Positions 57,696 to 64,000 of a stretch of DNA of 64,000 bases are shown piece after piece. Position 1 is the stretch's first letter. Each line of letters opens with the position of its first letter. Under the pieces are notes generated by a model. That model was not told the DNA's origin. It saw nothing but the letters and a program-made list of their open reading frames with translations, and searched no databases. The stretch is taken from contig OZ287067.1 in assembly GCA_965645245.1 (NCBI GenBank), positions 1,736,001 to 1,800,000 of the forward strand. Reading direction: 5' to 3'. This DNA comes from Massalongia carnosa (lineage: Eukaryota). The position numbers and the translations under genes are program-made.

Positions 57696-59354
57696 ATGCT
57701 CAATCGAAGATTTAACCCGATAGGTCATAGACCAAATCGATTGATACCAACAACTCCTCCCCCAGGCCCCCCTCCACAACATCTATGGGTCCCCCCGAGT
57801 ACTCCCCCGTGCCCCCCCCGAACCGACTCCCCCACGCCATCTTCGGTAGCGATAATTGGGAGCAACCCCCTAACCGTAGAATCCACGGAGGCCATGGACC
57901 AAACGCGAGAATTTTCGTCCGCACCGTCCACACCCACCCCAAAAACGAAACCTTTTGTCGCGCCATCTGGTGAATTCAGTACCAATCTGCCCATGCCATC
58001 ATTGAATTCTGATATTCGACTGAGTCCACCAATTAAACGCAACAAAAGACGAACATTTGACGAACATTCGATTGAGAGTCAAGAAGTCATCAATCGATCA
58101 AAATCGATTCAACTATTGAATACGGCAAAAAATGCATTATTAGAGTCATTCGTAATAGATCAAAACCCCGAAACGGCTATGGTCATCGATCACGTCAATT
58201 CTCTACTGGCAAAGAAATCGATCAAGCCAAAAGCAACGTTAGAAATGATTGATTGGAAATTGAATAGGGTGCTAGAACAAACTAGCCAAATTCCAGAAAC
58301 AAAGAGACAATCGGTGCATCCTATACAGACAAAATCGAAGGGAAATTCAAATGGAAATACGAATTTGACTCAAAACGTCAACCCAGAAATTCGGAGCGAA
58401 ACCGCCGGAGTCCCAGGGCCGCAGGTCAACGATACAGCTAGAACATGGAGCCAAATGCTCGGAAAAGCGACTGTCAATTCCGAAAATTGGACTACCGTTC
58501 CTCGATCCAAAAAAACAAACAAGAACAACAACAATAATTCGAATGCGAACAAATTCGATAATACTGACGATTTCAAGGCGATCAAATCTCGACGATTGAT
58601 AATCACACCGAAAGCTCAAATCGGCGATATCGATTCACTGTTGCTTCGAAACCAAATCAATTCGCTTTTTAAAGACGCGAAATTGACTATCGTTGTTAAC
58701 ACGGTCGAAAAGTCCAAAACGGGTCAAAACATCGTTCTGACTACTAGTCCTGATAACACTGCTGAAGATTTATTGAACAATAAATCAATATGGGAGCATT
58801 TATTCGACCCACGAACAGTTCGAAAGGACGAATCGTGGTTCAAAGTCATCGCACACGGTGTAAATATTGCAACATTTGATGAAAACATGCAATATTTGCA
58901 AGACGAAATTCAAAAGTTCAATTCGAACATGCAATTATGCGATGTTCCCAGATGGCTAGCACGTGATCGTCATAACAAGATCAAATCATCCGTTGTTTTG
59001 ACATTCAATGATCGAAATATGGCCTTGAACGCGTTAAAAGGAGTCAATATCGCGGGCCGACATTGTGACACGGAAATATTTACCTCCGTTCGTCCAAACA
59101 CACAATGCATTAATTGTCAAAAATTTGGACACAAGCATTATCAATGCAAAAGTCAAGCGAAATGCAGCATATGTGCGCAAAACCATGAAACACGCAATCA
59201 TGAATGCACAACATGCAAGTCAAAAATTGCTTGTGCACACGCCGTCGTCAAATGCGCGAATTGCAACAAGAATCATCAATCCAATGATGAAAATTGTGAA
59301 ATGGTTATATCGTTAAATGTTCGAAAATCGACTGACGAATTGGCCGCTTTGTAA
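57696..59354 (+). CDS. LINE-A ORF1 (552 aa)
   Basis: Intact, with CCHC knuckles. Confidence 0.95.
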   Translation: MLNRRFNPIGHRPNRLIPTTPPPGPPPQHLWVPPSTPPCPPRTDSPTPSSVAIIGSNPLTVESTEAMDQTREFSSAPSTPTPKTKPFVAPSGEFSTNLPMPSLNSDIRLSPPIKRNKRRTFDEHSIESQEVINRSKSIQLLNTAKNALLESFVIDQNPETAMVIDHVNSLLAKKSIKPKATLEMIDWKLNRVLEQTSQIPETKRQSVHPIQTKSKGNSNGNTNLTQNVNPEIRSETAGVPGPQVNDTARTWSQMLGKATVNSENWTTVPRSKKTNKNNNNNSNANKFDNTDDFKAIKSRRLIITPKAQIGDIDSLLLRNQINSLFKDAKLTIVVNTVEKSKTGQNIVLTTSPDNTAEDLLNNKSIWEHLFDPRTVRKDESWFKVIAHGVNIATFDENMQYLQDEIQKFNSNMQLCDVPRWLARDRHNKIKSSVVLTFNDRNMALNALKGVNIAGRHCDTEIFTSVRPNTQCINCQKFGHKHYQCKSQAKCSICAQNHETRNHECTTCKSKIACAHAVVKCANCNKNHQSNDENCEMVISLNVRKSTDELAAL

Positions 59355-62300
59355 TGGCAGGACAGCATTCGTTGACAAACATCGAAAATACACAAAATGT
59401 TAAATTTATTCAACATAATTGTGCAAAGTCAACGAATGCAATGATATCGTGTTTGGAATATGCTTTATCAAATCAAATTGATATTGTTTTGTTTCAGGAA
59501 CCATGGACACGAGATCAAAAAACAATATCACATCCGTCATTTACATGTATTATGCCAAAAATAGCGACTTATCGCTCGAGAGTAGCTATATTTGTCACAA
59601 ATGGCAATTCCAAACTGCAATGCACGCCTAGAACGGATCTTATTGACGATTCCGATATGCAAATTATTGAAATTACAATTGATGAAGTTCGAAAAGTGCA
59701 GATTTTCAATATTTATAACGAAAAAAGTCAAAGTGATCGAGAAACATACACGATCGATCGACTTTTAATCCAATTACAACCAAAATCAACTGATCAATTC
59801 GTCATCTGTGGAGATTTCAATGCACATCATAACTGGTGGAATTCGAAAATTCAACAAGCAATTCGATCAGAAAATCTTGTCAAATGGTTGAAATTAAACA
59901 GGTGTAGCTTGATAAACACACCTGACTTATGTACATACTACGCCCATTCTGGAAGTTCTTCATCTGTTATTGATTTAACTTTTGCAAATTCTAAAATCGA
60001 AAATGCAATTACAAATTGGTCAATCGATGAAAACGCAGTCACAGGTTCTGATCATGAAGTCATCCGATTTGAACTAATCGCATCTTTCAAAAACTTGACG
60101 TCACATGCAACCGCATTATCGAATAAATACAATTGCAATAAAGCTGATTGGAATAAATTCGCGAAGTATCTAGACGAAAATTCAACCATCTACGAATCAC
60201 AAGTTCAAAGTTTATTGAATAATCATCAATTCGACGAATCAGCGATATATTTGCAAAACGTTATCAAAAACGCGGCTGAAATGTTTATTCCGAAAACGAA
60301 AATTTGTGCAAAATCGAAAAATTGGTGGTCGCATGATTTAACTGAACTTCGAAAAACCATGTGCAGACATCGTCGAGAATGGAAGAATTATCCGTCCGAT
60401 TTTAGTCATCGGACGTTTAAACATAGTCGAATCGAGTATTTTCATGCAATTCGAAAAGCAAAACAACAAACATGGTTGACTTTTCTTGAAAATGCAGCAA
60501 ATAAAGATGTATTTACCGCGTATAAATACACTAAACCGCGAATATTCGAAAAAATACCGCCGATTCTACATGAAAACAAGCTAAATGTTCAGTTTGATGA
60601 CAAATGCGATGCATTTGTGTCAGCAATGTATACAAAAAACCCATTTATTGACGATAATGAGGAAGATTTATCAAATCAAGACAGCGTAAATGATGATAAT
60701 TGGCCAGATTTGACCGAAAACGAGTTGAAAAATGCGATTAGTTTATTTAATCCGAAGAAAGCATGTGGACCTGATGCAATAAATTTTACAATTGTTCAAA
60801 AATCGTTTCAATCGTTGAAAAACGTGTTTTTCATGATTTATTCGAAATTCATTCGAATCGGTTATCACCCGTTATGCTGGCGGACAGGACTCGGTGCAGT
60901 TCTGAAAAAACCTAATAAATCAGACTATTCGCTACCAAAATCATATCGAATTATCACATTACTAAATTGTCTTGGTAAAATTGCTGAGAAAATCGTTGCA
61001 AATCGACTAGCCTACTTCGGCGAAAATTCGAATTTACTAGATATCGAACAGATGGGCGGACGCAAAAATCATTCTGCAATTGACGCAGTAATGAACGTCG
61101 TTCATGATATCGAAATTGCGAATCGAAATAAAAGCGTTCTATCCTGTTTATTACTCGATGTCAAAGGCGCATTTGACTTTGTCTCGATTAATCAACTGCT
61201 AAATGTCATGAAAAAGCTGAAATTATCTCGCATAATAATTCAATGGGTCAAGCATTTCATGACAAAACGATCGATCAATTTGATATTCGATGAAAACAAA
61301 AGCAAAACATATTATGTCGAATCAGGAATTCCACAAGGTTCACCAATCTCGCCTATTCTATTTCTGATTTACATTCGTCACTTGTTTCCGAAAATAAGAA
61401 TGAAATTTAATGCACATTCTCCCAGTTTTATTGACGATGTTGCAATATATGTCGAAAATAAAACTGCAAAACAAAATTGCAAAGAAATCGAAATCATAGT
61501 CAAAACAGCTTTTGATTGGGCCGCATCGAATAATGTCAAATTTGATGACGATAAATCCGAGCTGATTCACTTCGAAAAGACAAGAAATGTATCGAAAGAC
61601 ACATTGGAATTACCAAACGGGACAGTACTAGAACCGAAAAATGTAGTCAAATGGTTGGGCGTCTGGTTAGACCGGAAACTGAATTTCAAAAAACACGTCG
61701 AAACGCGAATCTCTTCTGCGAATCGATCGTTTTTTGCAATTCAAAATTTGATGAAATCCGAATGGGGTTTGAAACCGACCGCATGCAGACAGCTCTATTT
61801 GTCATGCATTATTCCTATTTCGGACTATGGCTCAGAAATTTGGTATAATAGTCAAAAGAAATATGAAAAACTATTTCAGAACCTACAAAATCGAATGATT
61901 CGAAAGATTTTAGGAACTTTCAAAACCACACCTATTCAGGCGATGGAAATTGAATCACATGTTTTACCAGTTAAACTTCGATTATTAATGAAAAATCAAA
62001 AATACGCAATTCGATTATTGAAGATTGCCGAAAATAACCCTATTTGTCAAAGAATTCCAAATACATATTCGATAAAATTCGAAAACATCGGTTTTGACAC
62101 TAGTTTATGGAACAACAAATATGCCGAATGGAACGAAGACGAAAAACAAACAAATAAACGACATCCTAGTCAGCTCATTCGCGTTCTTCATTCCGTTTCC
62201 GACATAGTTCACAAAACTGATGAGATTGAACAATCAAATCATTTTATTAAACCATGGAAATCGCCGTGCAAAATCGAATTTCAAATCGAAAATACAAAGG

Positions 62301-63367
62301 AATCTGCTAAATCAAGTTATTATTCGACCTTATCCAAAATTCAATCAATGAACTCCGATAAATCCCGAGTTTTACTTTATACGGATGGATCAAAAATCGA
62401 ATTTGCAACGTCTGCAGTCACATTTGCGCCAATTATGAGGAATTGGAGTAGTATTATCAATAATTTTGATCGATTTATCGAAAAAGATTGTCTGATCAAG
62501 TATCATACGATTTCGAAAAGCTGGAAATTAAGCAAACAGTCAAGCATTAAAAATGCTGAACTGCATGCAATTTTACAAGCAATGAAATGGGTCTATAAAT
62601 TGTCTAATACTAATATTTTATCGAACTTGGAAAAAACGATTTGGATTTTTTCTGATAGTATAAACGCGATAAACGAAATTCAGAACTTGAAAAATCATAT
62701 TTTCGCAAGACAAATTCGAAAGCTCGCAAAACGCTTATTTGAAAGCAATTATCAGGTGATTTTGCAATGGGTTCCGAGTCATTTGAATATTACCGAAAAC
62801 GAAATTGCAGACAAAATAGCAAAGACGGCCCATAATCAAATCCTAGTCGAGTCCTCGGCTATAACATTTGATTATGTAAAAGATCAAATAAATCAAAATA
62901 TGCTAACCACATGGACGAATCAATGGCAACAATGCAAATCAAAAGGCAAATACTACGAGAAATTCGAAATGAAACCTGGCATATCGAGATTTTATTATTT
63001 ATCAAACAACTGTTCCAAATTGATATTTGCCACTATTATGCAATTAAAATTCGGACACGGCTATTTTCGATCATATTTACATCGGTTGAAAGATTATAAT
63101 TCGTCAAAATGCTCAAATCGATGCAATCAACGACAAACGCCAGAACACTTGTTATTGAATTGCATTCACTATTTCGATGAAATTCAAAACATGAAACAAA
63201 CCATCGATACTACGATCAACTTGAATATGTTGTTTAATACAAAAATCGGAAATGACATTTTGATTAAATTCATTGTCAATAACAAAATCGCGACTAGAAA
63301 ATGGATACTAGGTCAGCTTGATGACGATATTTTCGAAACTGGAGGTTGGGGAGAGATCGAACAGTAA
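59354..63367 (+). CDS. LINE-A ORF2 (1337 aa) EN-RT-RH
   Basis: Intact; catalytic motifs present. Confidence 0.97.
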   Translation: MAGQHSLTNIENTQNVKFIQHNCAKSTNAMISCLEYALSNQIDIVLFQEPWTRDQKTISHPSFTCIMPKIATYRSRVAIFVTNGNSKLQCTPRTDLIDDSDMQIIEITIDEVRKVQIFNIYNEKSQSDRETYTIDRLLIQLQPKSTDQFVICGDFNAHHNWWNSKIQQAIRSENLVKWLKLNRCSLINTPDLCTYYAHSGSSSSVIDLTFANSKIENAITNWSIDENAVTGSDHEVIRFELIASFKNLTSHATALSNKYNCNKADWNKFAKYLDENSTIYESQVQSLLNNHQFDESAIYLQNVIKNAAEMFIPKTKICAKSKNWWSHDLTELRKTMCRHRREWKNYPSDFSHRTFKHSRIEYFHAIRKAKQQTWLTFLENAANKDVFTAYKYTKPRIFEKIPPILHENKLNVQFDDKCDAFVSAMYTKNPFIDDNEEDLSNQDSVNDDNWPDLTENELKNAISLFNPKKACGPDAINFTIVQKSFQSLKNVFFMIYSKFIRIGYHPLCWRTGLGAVLKKPNKSDYSLPKSYRIITLLNCLGKIAEKIVANRLAYFGENSNLLDIEQMGGRKNHSAIDAVMNVVHDIEIANRNKSVLSCLLLDVKGAFDFVSINQLLNVMKKLKLSRIIIQWVKHFMTKRSINLIFDENKSKTYYVESGIPQGSPISPILFLIYIRHLFPKIRMKFNAHSPSFIDDVAIYVENKTAKQNCKEIEIIVKTAFDWAASNNVKFDDDKSELIHFEKTRNVSKDTLELPNGTVLEPKNVVKWLGVWLDRKLNFKKHVETRISSANRSFFAIQNLMKSEWGLKPTACRQLYLSCIIPISDYGSEIWYNSQKKYEKLFQNLQNRMIRKILGTFKTTPIQAMEIESHVLPVKLRLLMKNQKYAIRLLKIAENNPICQRIPNTYSIKFENIGFDTSLWNNKYAEWNEDEKQTNKRHPSQLIRVLHSVSDIVHKTDEIEQSNHFIKPWKSPCKIEFQIENTKESAKSSYYSTLSKIQSMNSDKSRVLLYTDGSKIEFATSAVTFAPIMRNWSSIINNFDRFIEKDCLIKYHTISKSWKLSKQSSIKNAELHAILQAMKWVYKLSNTNILSNLEKTIWIFSDSINAINEIQNLKNHIFARQIRKLAKRLFESNYQVILQWVPSHLNITENEIADKIAKTAHNQILVESSAITFDYVKDQINQNMLTTWTNQWQQCKSKGKYYEKFEMKPGISRFYYLSNNCSKLIFATIMQLKFGHGYFRSYLHRLKDYNSSKCSNRCNQRQTPEHLLLNCIHYFDEIQNMKQTIDTTINLNMLFNTKIGNDILIKFIVNNKIATRKWILGQLDDDIFETGGWGEIEQ

Positions 63368-63605
63368 AATCAGAAACGATTTATGCTGAAACAGTTACGA
63401 ACTTACAAAGATAAATTGTAAAATCGATAATTTTCGATTACTATAGGTTGTTACTAACACGGAGTAAAAATGGGGAAAAATTGACAATACATAGATGGGT
63501 TATAAAGGGTTGATTTATTTGTAATATAGAAACATATCCTAAAATAGTTTAGTGTCATAACCTTAGGTTGAATACACTTAATGAATAAATAAAAAAAAAA
63601 AAAAA

Positions 63606-64000
63606 CAGACTATTCGCTACCAAAATCATATCGAATTATCACATTACTAAATTGTCTTGGTAAAATTGCTGAGAAAATCGTTGCAAATCGACTAGCCTAC
63701 TTCGGCGAAACTTCGAATTTACTAGATATCGAACAGATGGGCGGACGCAAAAATCATTCTGCAATTGACGCAGTAATGAACGTCGTTCATGATATCGAAA
63801 TTGCGAATCGAAATAAAAGCGTTTTATCCTGTTTATTACTCGATGTCAAAGGCGCATTTGACTTTGTCTCGATTAATCAACTGCTAAATGTCATGAAAAA
63901 GCTGAAATTATCTCGCATAATAATTCAATGGGTCAAGCATTTCATGACAAAACGATCGATAAATTTGATATTCGATGAAAACAAAAGCAAAACATATTAT
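63606..64000 (+). mobile_element. LINE-A copy 7, right ORF2 fragment running off the window
   Basis: Resumes DYSLPKSYRIITLL where 56778 stopped. Confidence 0.9.

Larger units (their letters stand above)
56807..63605 (+). mobile_element. LINE-A copy 8, full-length and intact
   Basis: 5' end GCCTGAAC, poly(A) to 63605. No TSD; 1 nt of host lost and 28 extra nt at the 5' junction. Confidence 0.97.

Overview
Eukaryotic, almost certainly fungal, transposable-element nest: short spliceosomal introns, Tad1-like LINEs and a chromovirus-type Ty3/Gypsy element. Near-identical repeats keep intact ORFs, so there is no sign of RIP, which suggests a powdery mildew or similar RIP-deficient ascomycete (inference). 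From left to right: (1) the 5' LTR of a minus-strand Gypsy element running off the left edge, inserted in the intron of a small basic exon; (2) a decayed Copia element; (3) a decayed intron-containing hAT transposase split by an intact Gypsy element with identical 213-bp LTRs, a 5-bp TSD, a self-priming PBS and a -1 frameshift signal; (4) about 52 kb of nested LINEs. One AT-rich, RNase H-encoding family ('LINE-A') has nine copies or fragments, three of them full-length with both ORFs intact. Two RNase H-less LINEs ('LINE-B', 'LINE-C'), a pogo/Fot1 element and three solo LTRs are also nested here. All LINEs left of about 45660 are on the minus strand and all to the right are on the plus strand. 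The most interesting unexplained signals are RNA structures with compensatory base changes: a four-copy T-loop/B-box three-way-junction motif in the LINE-C 5' UTR, and a multi-hairpin IRES-like region with a loop-E-like hairpin just before LINE-A ORF1. All alignments and pairings were read by eye.
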